DNA of 64,000 bases from an uncultured Candidatus Saccharibacteria bacterium (GTDB taxonomy: Bacteria; Patescibacteriota; Minisyncoccia; Phycocordibacterales; JACOZG01). Of this stretch, positions 48,002-58,081 are shown one piece after another. Where the stretch lies: NCBI GenBank assembly GCA_964651115.1, contig CAZYXJ010000001.1, forward strand, positions 42,273 to 106,272, given 5' to 3'. Positions within the stretch are counted from its first letter, which is position 1; each line of letters begins with the position of its first letter. The position numbers and the translations under genes are program-made. The notes beneath the pieces were generated by a model, which saw only the letters and a list, made by a program, of their open reading frames with translations, searched no databases and had not been told where the DNA came from.

Positions 48002-48697
48002 CTAGCGACCACCAGAGCGATGCCGCGGTCGATGCTCCTCAGCAATCATCCCGTCAGATAAGACAACAATCCGATCAGTTAAATCAGCGTACTCCGGCTC
48101 GTGCGTCACCATCACGATCGTCTGGCCTTGGCGATGAAGGTCAAGAAAGCTATCGAGCACTACCCTAGCGGTCTCACTGTCGAGGTTGGCGGTTGGCTCA
48201 TCGGCAAAAATAATTTTTGGATTATGACCGATCGCTCGCGCAATACTCACCCGCTGCTGCTGACCACCAGAAAGTTGGCTCGGTAAGTTGTCGTGCTTAT
48301 CAGACAAACCGATCCGATCCAGGGCCTTAGCCGATTCGGCCCGCGCCGATAGCAAACTCTTGCCCTGCATCAGAAGAGGCAACATGACATTTTCCATCGC
48401 CGTTAACTCGGGCATCAAAGCGTAGTCTTGAAAGACATAGCCAAGCTCAGTCAAACGAAAACGGGTACGCTCCCCCTGCGACAAAGCCAGGACGTCAACG
48501 CCGTCAATAATTATTTCGCCGGCGGTAGGGTGGTCGAGTAAGCCCAATTGATACATCAGGGTTGATTTACCAGAACCAGAACGACCAGTGATGGCAACGA
48601 ACTCTCCGGCCTTAACCGTTAGATCCAAACCCTTCAAAACCGTCAACTCGTGATCGCCGTCGTAGAAGCTTTTTACTAATTTTTTTACCGTAATCAT
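48002..48697 (-). CDS. ABC transporter ATP-binding protein (MacB/LolD-type)
   Basis: Walker A GRSGSGKST, signature LSGGQQQR and Walker B IIFADEPT. Confidence 0.9.
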   Translation of the reverse strand: MITVKKLVKSFYDGDHELTVLKGLDLTVKAGEFVAITGRSGSGKSTLMYQLGLLDHPTAGEIIIDGVDVLALSQGERTRFRLTELGYVFQDYALMPELTAMENVMLPLLMQGKSLLSARAESAKALDRIGLSDKHDNLPSQLSGGQQQRVSIARAIGHNPKIIFADEPTANLDSETARVVLDSFLDLHRQGQTIVMVTHEPEYADLTDRIVVLSDGMIAEEHRPRHRSGGR

Positions 48698-48703
48698 GAT
48701 TAA

Positions 48704-49975
48704 TTATTTGCGCCCCAAAATCGCATCCAAAGTATTTTGGCGGACAATCAACTTAGCGGGGATGTAACCAGCCCCAATCGTCGCGATCATCAAAATAATT
48801 GCTCTAATTAATGTGCCAGAAACGGGAGCGACCAAAATGCCATCACTAAAGGGGAAGTTGATCGGATGAGCCGCGAAAAAGGGCACTAGCAACCCATAGA
48901 TAATTAAAACACCAACCACAATCCCCGCGGCGGCATAAAAGATGGCTTGCATCATGTAAGAGATCTGGATGGCCGCGCCCTCGATCCCAATCCCCTTCAG
49001 AATGCCGATGTACTTGCGGCGAGTAATAGCGTTAACGAAGATCACGATAAAAATCGTAATCGACGCCACCGCCAAACCAATACTGCCGATCACGTTGCCC
49101 AGTAGAGCGAAAGTGTTTTTGATATCCTTCAAAAATTTAGGTTCGGCCTCCTCAGAACTCTGGACGCGAGCGTAAGCCCCCACGCCAGCCGCTAAAATTT
49201 GGTCCTTAACTCTCAAGGAATCGGTGCCCGGAATTAATTTAATCGCGATTTCGTCAACCCCATAATCATACCGACCAGCAATGCTCCGCAGGAGAGTGTC
49301 GTTCATAAAAATACGATTATCGACCTCCCCCACCTTGCTCCGCAAGATACCTTTAATTGTATAAAGTCGTGTCGAATCGCCGATTGTCATCCGAACCTTA
49401 GAACCAATAGCCACATCCTTAAGCGTCTCGAGGCCAGGTGACTCAATCGGTAAATACTTAGCTAACTTGTCGGCGCCAATCAAAATAAAATCACCATCGC
49501 CGGGATTTAAAAATTCGCCCTCGATAACGCGCGAAGAGAGATTAGTCGTCCGATCTTCGGCCAAAGGATCAATCCCCGCCACCAGGCTCCCCACGCGATT
49601 AGGCAGCTCATTGCCGCGCCGCACTTTTTGATAATTGGCCTCCACGCTCCCCGACTCTAGATAACGCGCCGATAGAGACTGGACACTAGGCAAACGTTTG
49701 ACGGTTTCGATAATCCGCGGGGACTGCTCGATGTAGGTCCGGTTAGGCAAAGTCGAAATAATAATATCGCCGGTATAAAGACCCTTGTTGACCTGAACCG
49801 AACCCTCAATCAAGCCCACCAAAATACCCGTCACCACCACCAAATTGAGAAAGGTTAGGGCCATGACGAAAATGATCAAGACCGTAGTCCCCAAACTGGA
49901 ACGCTTAAGTTGCCGCCAGGCCAAAAAATGACCCACCGAGATGGCGATCCACCACCGCTTAAAACGCGCGCTCAT
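48704..49975 (-). CDS. ABC transporter permease, FtsX/MacB-like
   Basis: N-terminal TM segment, a large extracytoplasmic domain and three C-terminal TM helices (FtsX fold). Confidence 0.82.
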   Translation of the reverse strand: MSARFKRWWIAISVGHFLAWRQLKRSSLGTTVLIIFVMALTFLNLVVVTGILVGLIEGSVQVNKGLYTGDIIISTLPNRTYIEQSPRIIETVKRLPSVQSLSARYLESGSVEANYQKVRRGNELPNRVGSLVAGIDPLAEDRTTNLSSRVIEGEFLNPGDGDFILIGADKLAKYLPIESPGLETLKDVAIGSKVRMTIGDSTRLYTIKGILRSKVGEVDNRIFMNDTLLRSIAGRYDYGVDEIAIKLIPGTDSLRVKDQILAAGVGAYARVQSSEEAEPKFLKDIKNTFALLGNVIGSIGLAVASITIFIVIFVNAITRRKYIGILKGIGIEGAAIQISYMMQAIFYAAAGIVVGVLIIYGLLVPFFAAHPINFPFSDGILVAPVSGTLIRAIILMIATIGAGYIPAKLIVRQNTLDAILGRK

Positions 49976-49995
49976 TAAGCATAGTTTAGCAAATT

Positions 49996-50331
49996 CTAAG
50001 GCAATTGACAGTTAGCGGCTCGAGTATAGCCCGCCGCCTCCGCGGCCGCGGGGCTGGCAAAATAAATCCGATTGGCCGCCACAATCTGTTTCGCCCCCGG
50101 ACAAGTCAGTTCGTGATATTTGGTACCATTTTTTGACGCCACAATTTGCCCAGTGGTCGGCGCGGCCGGCAAACTGGACGTCGCCGTAGAAATCTTAAGG
50201 GGTGGCCGATTAATTTCTAGATTTGACAATATTCCCAAACCATAGCCCAATAAAAAAGCGAGGGCCACCGCGGCTAGAGCCCACCACTCCCCTAACCCCT
50301 TGATCTTTTCCGATAACTGCGCTATATTCAT
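49996..50331 (-). CDS. small membrane-anchored protein with C-terminal Cys/His motif domain
   Basis: One TM segment (WWALAAVALAFLLGYGLGIL) and the C-terminus KYHELTCPGAKQI...NRIYFASPAAAEAAGYTRAANC. Start set at the internal Met (50331) because rpmA occupies the opposite strand at 50357 and beyond. Confidence 0.45.
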   Translation of the reverse strand: MNIAQLSEKIKGLGEWWALAAVALAFLLGYGLGILSNLEINRPPLKISTATSSLPAAPTTGQIVASKNGTKYHELTCPGAKQIVAANRIYFASPAAAEAAGYTRAANCQLP

Positions 50332-50356
50332 GCTGCTTAGATTGTAACAAAAGACT

Positions 50357-50632
50357 ATGGCAACAAAGAAATCAGGTGGCACAGCTAAGAACTTACGCGA
50401 CTCAAATCCTAAGTATTTGGGTGTTAAATTGTTCGCTGGCGAGTACGCGACTCCAGGCTCAATCATCGTGCGTCAGCGAGGGACTCACTACACCTCGGGT
50501 ACTGGCACGCGAATGGGAAAAGATCACACCATCTTCTCCGACACTTCAGGGGTAGTGGCCTTTCGTGACAGACGCAAAACTGGTTACGACGGACGACGCA
50601 GCACTATCAAAGAAGTAAGCGTCAACGATTAG
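50357..50632 (+). CDS. rpmA: 50S ribosomal protein L27
   Basis: [29 protein letters not shown]...[10 protein letters not shown] matches L27. Confidence 0.9.
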   Translation: MATKKSGGTAKNLRDSNPKYLGVKLFAGEYATPGSIIVRQRGTHYTSGTGTRMGKDHTIFSDTSGVVAFRDRRKTGYDGRRSTIKEVSVND

Positions 50633-51077
50633 TCGCCGCTCGTCTCACGTCCACCACTAAACTGCCGGTCTCACCGGCGGTTTTTAGTTTGACAATCGAA
50701 GTACCGACTGACTTCAGGGGAGATGGCAACACAAACCATTCGGCCGAAACTGGCAAATGACTAGCCGCCTTAAGGGCCGTGGCCAGATCGCGAGCGTGTA
50801 AGCCGGCAAACAAATGGCCTTCGGTACTGGCTGGCGCCACCATCACTAATGGATGCTTGGCCGCGTAGGCCACGATAGCGCGAAAATCTTTTTGCTCACG
50901 GGTGACGCCAGAAGTGGCCACTCGCCGCTCGGCTTCAACTTTACGTAAATTCTCGGGCGTGGCGAGCAAGGCCCGACCGCGACCAATCAAAACTGTCCGA
51001 CCATAACCGTCAGCCACCTCCTTAATCTCGTAACGACGGCCGATCCGCGCTACGTCAGTGAGTAAAATTACCTTCAT
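50622..51077 (-). CDS. rplI: 50S ribosomal protein L9
   Basis: [31 protein letters not shown] matches the L9 N-domain. It overlaps rpmA convergently by 11 nt. Confidence 0.88.
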   Translation of the reverse strand: MKVILLTDVARIGRRYEIKEVADGYGRTVLIGRGRALLATPENLRKVEAERRVATSGVTREQKDFRAIVAYAAKHPLVMVAPASTEGHLFAGLHARDLATALKAASHLPVSAEWFVLPSPLKSVGTSIVKLKTAGETGSLVVDVRRAATNR

Positions 51078-51084
51078 ATTAACT

Positions 51085-52299
51085 TTAACGTTTACGTCCT
51101 AGTAAAAAATCAATCGCCGCTTCCAGTGGCCGATCCGGCGCTGAGTCAGCCGTCGAAGTGGCCGCCTCCACCACGACATCTGGATCCAAACCATCGTGAG
51201 AAATAGAAATTCCCTTGGGGGTCAACCAACGAGCCACCGTCACTTTAAGCGCCGTGTCGGAAGAGATTGGCACCAACTCCTGGACGGATCCCTTGCCGAA
51301 GGTTTTAGTGCCAATTAGCGTCGCTACGCCATGCTCACGCAAAGCCCCAGCCAAAATCTCGGAAGCCGAGGCGCTCCCCTCGTCAACCAAAACAACCATT
51401 TTTAGCTTCTCATTAAAGAGGCCGCGATCATCGCTTTTGTAAACCTTACTCTCACCATCGCGCCGCTCCTCCCGAACCACCACCTGATCAGCGGGCAAGA
51501 ACCAGCTGGCAATATCAACCGCCGCATCCAAGTAACCACCAGGGTTACCCCGCAAATCCAAAATTAGTTTGTCGGTTTTGGAGCGAACGAACTCGCTAAG
51601 CGCCGTCCGAAATTGGCGCTCACTTGTGCCGCCAAAATTAAACAGTTTGATTAAGAAAATTTTCTCTGGCAACAGCTTCGTCTCCATGGTGGGCACTTCG
51701 ATCCGCGCCCGAGTAAGAGTCACGTCGAAAGTGGTTTGATCAGCCGACGAAGCACCGCGCAAAATACTCAACTTAACCTTGGTACCAATATCACCCCGGA
51801 TTTTACTAATGGCCTCGGCAACGCTCATCTCGGCCGCCGCCTGTCCATCAATGGACAAGATTTTATCGCCGGCCTTTAGGCCGGCGGCGGCGGCCGGCGT
51901 CCCGGGCAAGGGAGCAATAATCGTGAGCATCCGATCACGGGCGCCGACCTCCATCCCCACACCACCAAATCGCCCACTAACCTCCTCCTTAAAACTTTTG
52001 TTTTCTTCCGGTGGCAAAAAGACAGTATAAGGATCATCAAACGAATCAACTAACCCACCGATCGCCCCCCACAACTTTTGCTCATTCGTTACCGCCGCAC
52101 TGCTAGTGGCCGAAGAAACAAAACGCTCATCGAGCAAATTCCAGACTCGCCAGAAGTCATCAAGGTTAACCTCAGCTGGCTCGGTCGCCGCCCGGTTCTG
52201 AAATCCCCAAGCCACCCCGCCCACAAACGCTCCGCCGACCAAAATTAAAGCCAGGACCAAAAAACTCAAACTTTTTAGAGTCTTATTCATGTTGCTCAA
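51085..52299 (-). CDS. carboxyl-terminal processing protease (S41, CtpA-like)
   Basis: N-terminal TM segment, PDZ domain (GLKAGDKILSIDG) and S41 catalytic region (LVDEGSASASEILAGAL, GTKTFGKGSVQ). Confidence 0.85.
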   Translation of the reverse strand: MSNMNKTLKSLSFLVLALILVGGAFVGGVAWGFQNRAATEPAEVNLDDFWRVWNLLDERFVSSATSSAAVTNEQKLWGAIGGLVDSFDDPYTVFLPPEENKSFKEEVSGRFGGVGMEVGARDRMLTIIAPLPGTPAAAAGLKAGDKILSIDGQAAAEMSVAEAISKIRGDIGTKVKLSILRGASSADQTTFDVTLTRARIEVPTMETKLLPEKIFLIKLFNFGGTSERQFRTALSEFVRSKTDKLILDLRGNPGGYLDAAVDIASWFLPADQVVVREERRDGESKVYKSDDRGLFNEKLKMVVLVDEGSASASEILAGALREHGVATLIGTKTFGKGSVQELVPISSDTALKVTVARWLTPKGISISHDGLDPDVVVEAATSTADSAPDRPLEAAIDFLLGRKR

Positions 52300-52356
52300 T
52301 TATCCCAAATTGACCCTTGGTGGTCAAACTAAAATCACGCTATACTATGGGGGAAT

Positions 52357-53256
52357 ATGTTGCGCACGTTTACCTACAAAGAAATCCACTGGTTGGATCT
52401 AGAAAGTCCCACGGAAACCGAATTAGCTGAAGTGGGCAACAAATACAATCTCCACCCCCTCACCCTCGAAGAATTACGCCGCCCTTCCAACCGCAGCAAG
52501 GTCGACGCCTATCAAGACTACCTGTATCTCATTCTCCATTTTCCTGATCGACCAAATCAAGAAGCTCAAGAAGTGGACTTTGTTGTTGGATCCGACTTTA
52601 TCATTACCGCTCATTACGAACCAATTAATTCTCTACTTGATTTTGCTAAAATTTTTGAAACCGATCTGGCCTTAAAAAAGAATAATCACAAAGTCCACGG
52701 CGGTCTCGTCCTCTATTTGATCCTGCGCGAAATGTACGCCACGCTCGATCTTAGTCTCTCAGCAATTAACAATCGCCTAAAAACCATTGAGCCCAAAGTC
52801 TTCTCTGGTAAAGAACGCGAGGTCGTCACCGACCTCGCCGGCGTTAGTCGGGACTTGCTCGACTGCCAATGGAATATCAAGACTCATCGCGAAGTCCTCC
52901 AATCTCTCAACTACTCTGGGCGAGAGCTGTTTGGAGACAAATTTAATTACTATAGCCAGGCCTTAAGCAGTGAATACGATAAGGTCTGGAACTCAATCGA
53001 AAACATCCGTGGCACCTTTAACGAACTGCGCCAAACCAACGAGTCCCTGCTGGCCATTAAGTCTAACGAAACGATGAAATTACTCACCGTTTTGGCCTTC
53101 GTCTTCTTCCCCCTCTCCGTCATCCCTCAAATTTTCGGCATGAATACGGAACTGCCACTCATCGGTCAACCCTACGACTTTTACAGCGTACTTGCGCTTA
53201 TGTTTGGTTCGAGTATTGTGATGTACGTCTTGGCCCGATTTAAAAAATGGTTCTAA
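52357..53256 (+). CDS. corA: CorA-family Mg2+/Co2+ transporter
   Basis: Two C-terminal TM helices with the GMN motif (IFGMNTE). Confidence 0.8.
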   Translation: MLRTFTYKEIHWLDLESPTETELAEVGNKYNLHPLTLEELRRPSNRSKVDAYQDYLYLILHFPDRPNQEAQEVDFVVGSDFIITAHYEPINSLLDFAKIFETDLALKKNNHKVHGGLVLYLILREMYATLDLSLSAINNRLKTIEPKVFSGKEREVVTDLAGVSRDLLDCQWNIKTHREVLQSLNYSGRELFGDKFNYYSQALSSEYDKVWNSIENIRGTFNELRQTNESLLAIKSNETMKLLTVLAFVFFPLSVIPQIFGMNTELPLIGQPYDFYSVLALMFGSSIVMYVLARFKKWF

Positions 53257-54593
53257 ATCTTTACAACACCCTTAGTCGCCAATTTGACCCCGCCCCTCCC
53301 CACTCGCCGGTGGGGCTCTACGTTTGTGGCCCAACCGTCTACGATTATGCTCACTTAGGCAACTGGCGCACGCTTGTCGTAGCCGATCTTTTGCGCCGCT
53401 CTTTGGAATATAACGACCTAAAGGTTAAGCACGTCATGAACATCACTGACGTTGACGATAAAACTATTGCCGCTAGTCAGAACCAGGGCGAAGACTTGGC
53501 CACCCTCACTAAACGTTACGAACAATTATTTTTGACTGACTTTGCCGAACTTAATCTCCTACCCCCCACCACCCTAACGCGCGCCACCGAACATCTGGGC
53601 GAAATGATCGCGCTAATCGAAACTCTGATTGAAAAAGGTCATGCCTATCGCGGAGAAGATGGGATCTATTTTTCCATCGCTTCTTTTGCTCCTTATGGCC
53701 GGCTCTCCGGTCGTCCACTTGATCAAGATCTCGAACAAGGCGAGACTCCAGCGCGAGGCAAACGCGACCGACGTGACTTTGCGCTCTGGAAATTCCCCAC
53801 TCCAGAAGATGGTCCCAATCACTGGCCTGCCCCTTTTGGCGACGGGCGACCGGGCTGGCACATCGAATGCTCGGCCATGAGTCTTAAAGAGTTGGGATCC
53901 GGCTTTGATTACCACCTCGGCGGCACTGACCTAATCTTCCCTCACCACGAAAACGAAATTGCTCAATCTGAGGCCGCCACCGGTAAACCCTTCGCTAAAC
54001 ACTGGATCCACGCCGCCTTCCTGATGGTCAATGGCCAAAAAATGAGCAAATCTTTGGGTAACTTCTTTACTCTCGCCGACATTAGAGCCAAGCAAGTTTC
54101 GCCTCTGGCTTACCGCTATTGGCTCCTCACCTCTCATTATCGCTCGTTGGCCAACTTTACCTGGGAGGCCCTGGCTGGCGCCGAGAGCGCGCTTAAAAAA
54201 CTAAACCACTTTGCCGCCAGCGCCGACCCGTCAAACCAAGCCGTCAATGCCGAGTACGACGAAAAATTTAAAACCTGTCTGGCTAATGATCTAAACCTGC
54301 CGGAAGCTGTCGCGCTCGCCTGGCAATTAGTCAAAGACGACTCCCTGACTCCCGCCGAACGGGTGGCCACGCTGTTAAAATTCGATCAAGTGTTGGGACT
54401 TAAATTGGGCACGAAGACGCCAAGCATCATCCCGGCCGAAATCACTCAGCTGGTCGCCGAACGCCAAGTCGCTCGCCAAGCCGGCAACTGGGCCGAAGCC
54501 GATCGCCTCCGCCAGCAAATTGCCGAACAGGGCTTTGACTTAAACGACACCTCCACCGGCACCGAAGTTATCCCCCGGATGTCCACTATCTGA
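53247..54593 (+). CDS. cysS: cysteinyl-tRNA synthetase
   Basis: CGPTVYDYAHLGN (HIGH-like), KMSKSLGN, and zinc ligands. Confidence 0.93.
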   Translation: MVLNLYNTLSRQFDPAPPHSPVGLYVCGPTVYDYAHLGNWRTLVVADLLRRSLEYNDLKVKHVMNITDVDDKTIAASQNQGEDLATLTKRYEQLFLTDFAELNLLPPTTLTRATEHLGEMIALIETLIEKGHAYRGEDGIYFSIASFAPYGRLSGRPLDQDLEQGETPARGKRDRRDFALWKFPTPEDGPNHWPAPFGDGRPGWHIECSAMSLKELGSGFDYHLGGTDLIFPHHENEIAQSEAATGKPFAKHWIHAAFLMVNGQKMSKSLGNFFTLADIRAKQVSPLAYRYWLLTSHYRSLANFTWEALAGAESALKKLNHFAASADPSNQAVNAEYDEKFKTCLANDLNLPEAVALAWQLVKDDSLTPAERVATLLKFDQVLGLKLGTKTPSIIPAEITQLVAERQVARQAGNWAEADRLRQQIAEQGFDLNDTSTGTEVIPRMSTI

Positions 54594-54643
54594 ACACTTG
54601 GGCTTGATTTTTTGCCTCCGGTGAGCGTGGTACAATCTGCCTA

Positions 54644-56011
54644 ATGAGCGAACTAAGAACCGCTGGCGAATTTGTAAAAAGTCCGCTAAGAATCCCGCCA
54701 CAGGATATTGGCGCCGAGCAGGCACTGCTCGGCGCGATCATGCTCCGTCCCGACGCCATCTACGAAGTAATGGACGTCATTGATGGCACTGACTTTTACG
54801 CCGAAAAGCATCGCAAAATCTACAAAGCGATGATGGCCCTCCACGAAAAGGGCGAACCGATCGACATGGTGGCGCTCACTGGGTACTTAAAAGAACGCAA
54901 GCAAATTGAGCAAATCGGCGGGGCCGCCTACATCGCCGAAATGGTTAACGCCGTCCCCTCCACCAGCAACGTTAAGTATTACGCCGAAATCGTTAAGAAA
55001 AAATCCATTCTCCGGCAATTAATCTCTTCGGCCGATAGCATTGCCGAACTAAGCTACAACGAATCCGAAGATCTCGACACCGTTTTTGATAAGGCTCAAC
55101 GCACCATTTTGGAAATTGGTCACTATTCCAAAAAAACTTTTACGCGAATCAAAGACACCTTAGTTGACGCCTGGGAACGGCTCGACAAACTCCACAAATC
55201 TGATGGGGAAATGCGCGGCGTGCCAACGGGCTTCCGAGATATCGATAACAAACTAGCCGGTCTCCAAAGATCCGATTTAGTGATTTTGGCAGCCCGCCCC
55301 TCGGTGGGTAAAACTTCGCTAGCGCTCGACATTGCTCGCAACGTCGCTTGTGGTCAGAATAAAGTAGTTGGCATCTTTTCGCTCGAAATGAGCACACAGC
55401 AACTGGTCGACCGTCTCTTAGCCGCCGAAAGTAAGGTGGACTCCTGGCAATTGCGCACGGGAAAAGTAAAAACCGATGACGACTTTGGCCGCATCCGCGA
55501 CGCCCTTGATCGCCTAGCCACAGCCCCGATCTTTATCGACGACGAACCCGGCAACACCATCACCAAAATGAAGTCGGTCTGCCGCAAACTTAAAGCGGAA
55601 CATGGTTTAGATTTAATCATCGTTGATTACCTCCAGTTAATGGTGCCCAAGAAAGACAGCGACTCTCTCGTCCAGCAAGTCACCGAGATCTCGCGCTCGC
55701 TCAAAGCTCTCGCTCGCGAAATGGAGGCCCCCGTCTTGGCCCTCTCGCAACTCTCGCGCGCCGTCGAACAACGAGGCGGCAAACCACGACTCTCCGACCT
55801 GCGCGATTCTGGTTCGATCGAACAAGATGCCGACGTGGTGATGTTTATTCACCGCGAAGACAAAATGAACGAAAATTCGGACAAGAAAAACATTGCCGAA
55901 ATCATCATCGCCAAACATCGCAATGGACCAACGGGCGAAGTCCAACTCTACTTTGATGAAGCTCGCACCAGCTTTAACACCCTCGAGAAAAGCGACTTTG
56001 GCGGCTTTTAA
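54644..56011 (+). CDS. dnaB: replicative DNA helicase DnaB
   Basis: N-terminal domain, Walker A (ARPSVGKTSLAL) and RecA-like fold. 455 aa, no intein. Confidence 0.95.
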   Translation: MSELRTAGEFVKSPLRIPPQDIGAEQALLGAIMLRPDAIYEVMDVIDGTDFYAEKHRKIYKAMMALHEKGEPIDMVALTGYLKERKQIEQIGGAAYIAEMVNAVPSTSNVKYYAEIVKKKSILRQLISSADSIAELSYNESEDLDTVFDKAQRTILEIGHYSKKTFTRIKDTLVDAWERLDKLHKSDGEMRGVPTGFRDIDNKLAGLQRSDLVILAARPSVGKTSLALDIARNVACGQNKVVGIFSLEMSTQQLVDRLLAAESKVDSWQLRTGKVKTDDDFGRIRDALDRLATAPIFIDDEPGNTITKMKSVCRKLKAEHGLDLIIVDYLQLMVPKKDSDSLVQQVTEISRSLKALAREMEAPVLALSQLSRAVEQRGGKPRLSDLRDSGSIEQDADVVMFIHREDKMNENSDKKNIAEIIIAKHRNGPTGEVQLYFDEARTSFNTLEKSDFGGF

Positions 56012-56020
56012 ACCTACTCC

Positions 56021-56650
56021 ATGAGCGACAAGGTGATCCAACAGCTAGCGGAAGAGTTCCGCAAATTCCCCGGCATTGGTCCGCGTCAAGCCGAGCGCTT
56101 CGTCTATTACCTCCTGCGCGCTCCCGGCGGCACCATCCATACCCTCATCGAACGAATCAAAGAACTACGAGCGCAAGTTAATCAATGTCCAACTTGCTAC
56201 CGCTTTTTTTCTGGCCGCGAACATCAGTCGACCAACTCGCTCTGCCCCATCTGCGCCAACCCCAAACGCGATCCTCGACTCTTGTTACTAATTGAAAAAG
56301 ATACCGACCTAGAAACAATCGAGCGTTCGCGCACTTACGAAGGCCGCTACTTTGTTTTGGGCTCTTTGGTTCCCGTCTTAGAAAAAAATCCCGAACTCCG
56401 ACTGCGGGGCCCAGAGCTTTTGGCCCAAATTTCTGAACGGGCCACTCGAGGATTAAAAGAAATTATTCTCGCTCTTTCGGCCAATACAGAAGGCGATCAC
56501 ACGGCCGACTTTTTACGTCAATATTTGGAACCAGCCCTCAAACTCCATGGGCTCAAAATTTCGACGCTCGGCCGCGGACTTTCGACTGGCTCAGAACTAG
56601 AATACAGCGATCCCGAGACCATCAAAAACGCCCTCAAACATCGCGAGTAG
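56021..56650 (+). CDS. recR: recombination protein RecR
   Basis: HhH (FPGIGPRQAERF), C4 zinc finger (CPTC...CPIC) and Toprim domain. Confidence 0.93.
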   Translation: MSDKVIQQLAEEFRKFPGIGPRQAERFVYYLLRAPGGTIHTLIERIKELRAQVNQCPTCYRFFSGREHQSTNSLCPICANPKRDPRLLLLIEKDTDLETIERSRTYEGRYFVLGSLVPVLEKNPELRLRGPELLAQISERATRGLKEIILALSANTEGDHTADFLRQYLEPALKLHGLKISTLGRGLSTGSELEYSDPETIKNALKHRE

Positions 56651-56679
56651 AGGGCGCTTGAACCTAAAAATAAAGGGGC

Positions 56680-56994
56680 TTACTTGATCTCGTTAATCTT
56701 GACCGAAGTAAAGGGCTGACGATGACCGTACTTAACGCGGTAACGGCTCTTGGCGCGGTACTTGATACCCACCACCTTGTCTCCCCGACCCGCCTCCTCC
56801 ACCACCGTGGCGGTAACCTTGGCGCCCGAAGCCGCCTCACCCACGCGGGTGGTCGCGCCATCGTCAACCAACAACACCTCGTCAAAAGTGATTTGGCCCC
56901 CCTTTTCCGCCTCAACCAACTTCTCGATCTTGATCGTATCGCCAGCCGAAACCTTATATTGCTTGCCCCCGGTCTTAATTACTGCAAATGACAT
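56680..56994 (-). CDS. rplU: 50S ribosomal protein L21
   Basis: MSFAVIKTGGKQYKVSAGDTIKIEKL...GHRQPFTSVKINEI matches L21. Start at the internal Met (56994). The ORF track opens at 57072. Confidence 0.88.
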   Translation of the reverse strand: MSFAVIKTGGKQYKVSAGDTIKIEKLVEAEKGGQITFDEVLLVDDGATTRVGEAASGAKVTATVVEEAGRGDKVVGIKYRAKSRYRVKYGHRQPFTSVKINEIK

Positions 56995-57036
56995 AGTGGC
57001 TCTTATTGTACACATCCAAAACGAAAAGGCAAGACA

Positions 57037-57079
57037 GAAAAAAGCCCGTCGAGGAGCCGGGGTGGACTCCATCGACGGG
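57037..57079 (-). terminator. hairpin with T-run (minus strand), terminator of the SDR gene or rplU leader structure
   Basis: GCCCGTCGA/TCGACGGGC 9 bp stem with a 19 nt loop, followed on the minus strand by TTTTTTCTG. It lies between the SDR stop (57111) and the rplU start (56994). Confidence 0.45.
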
Positions 57080-57110
57080 CCGGGCGCTGGGTCTCCCCAG
57101 CCTAAGATCG

Positions 57111-57863
57111 CTAGGGCAAAACAGCCCTACAGGCAAAATGAGCAATCAGCGGCGCTTCCGGATCATTAAGGTAAGTGGCAATCCACTCGCCGATTGCCTC
57201 GGGCTGGACCGCGTCCACTGCCGGATCGGCCGACGTCTTCTCCCGGATGAGGGCCTCGGTATCCCGAGTGTTGATGATCCCCGGACGCAGGTCCGTGGTG
57301 CGGATAGCCAAACTCTCGCCCTCGAAACGGAGAGCCAGCTGAAACATCAGATTGCTCCCCACTTGCTTGGCCAAGCGATAGGCAAAATTACCCGCCAGTT
57401 CCTCCTTTTCAACCACGTGAGAAGAAACGTGGAAGATGTGCCCATGATTCTGCTCCTTGAAGTGATCGGTAAAGGCCAGCGCCGGCACCATCGTCGGACG
57501 GACCATCGCTTGCCGCATCCGCTCTTCCGCGGCCAAAAGCTCGTCAGCAGGATTAATCAAGACCTCCGAACGGCTCCAGCTGCCCGCCGAGAGAATAACG
57601 CCATCAATTAAGCGGAAGCGCGCCATCGCCTCGGGGATAACCCGATCGCGAATGGCCACCAAGTCGGACGCATCCGCCGCCACTGCGAGCACTCTCTCGG
57701 ACCCAATCTCTCGCAACAGCTCATTGAGCTTGTCCTGACCACGCGAAACCAGCACCAAATTGGCTCCCTGGCCGCTCAAATAGCGCGAAAGCGGCCAGCC
57801 GAGGCCACCCGTCGCCCCAATCACTACAATGGTTTTTCCCTTAAGCATTTTAAGTTCCTCCAA
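57111..57863 (-). CDS. short-chain dehydrogenase/reductase (SDR)
   Basis: GATGGLG Rossmann motif and catalytic YRLAK (YxxxK). Confidence 0.85.
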   Translation of the reverse strand: MEELKMLKGKTIVVIGATGGLGWPLSRYLSGQGANLVLVSRGQDKLNELLREIGSERVLAVAADASDLVAIRDRVIPEAMARFRLIDGVILSAGSWSRSEVLINPADELLAAEERMRQAMVRPTMVPALAFTDHFKEQNHGHIFHVSSHVVEKEELAGNFAYRLAKQVGSNLMFQLALRFEGESLAIRTTDLRPGIINTRDTEALIREKTSADPAVDAVQPEAIGEWIATYLNDPEAPLIAHFACRAVLP

Positions 57864-57934
57864 TTAAGAATCTGTCCCCTACTCTAGCATAAAATCAAAT
57901 AGTTGCGCACCTACTTTTTGTATGCTATTGTAGC

Positions 57935-58078
57935 CCACAGGAGACCTTGGTCTCCAAAGAGAGAATCAGACTTCCACTCGCTGCGGCGTCCCGCTGACCG
58001 CGCCAAATTCTTAAGGACGCCGCACGCCTCACACAACCCGCCAGATTATCCTCAGGGAAACTGGCGGTTTCTTTTTGC
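57935..58078 (+). ncRNA. candidate structured small RNA with intrinsic terminator
   Basis: This intergenic segment holds three hairpins (GGAGACC/GGTCTCC, GCGGCGTCC/GGACGCCGC, CGCCAG/CTGGCG). The last is followed by GTTTCTTTTTG. A weak TTGCGC...TATTGT promoter-like sequence lies upstream. There is no convincing ORF. Confidence 0.25.
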
Positions 58079-58081
58079 CCG

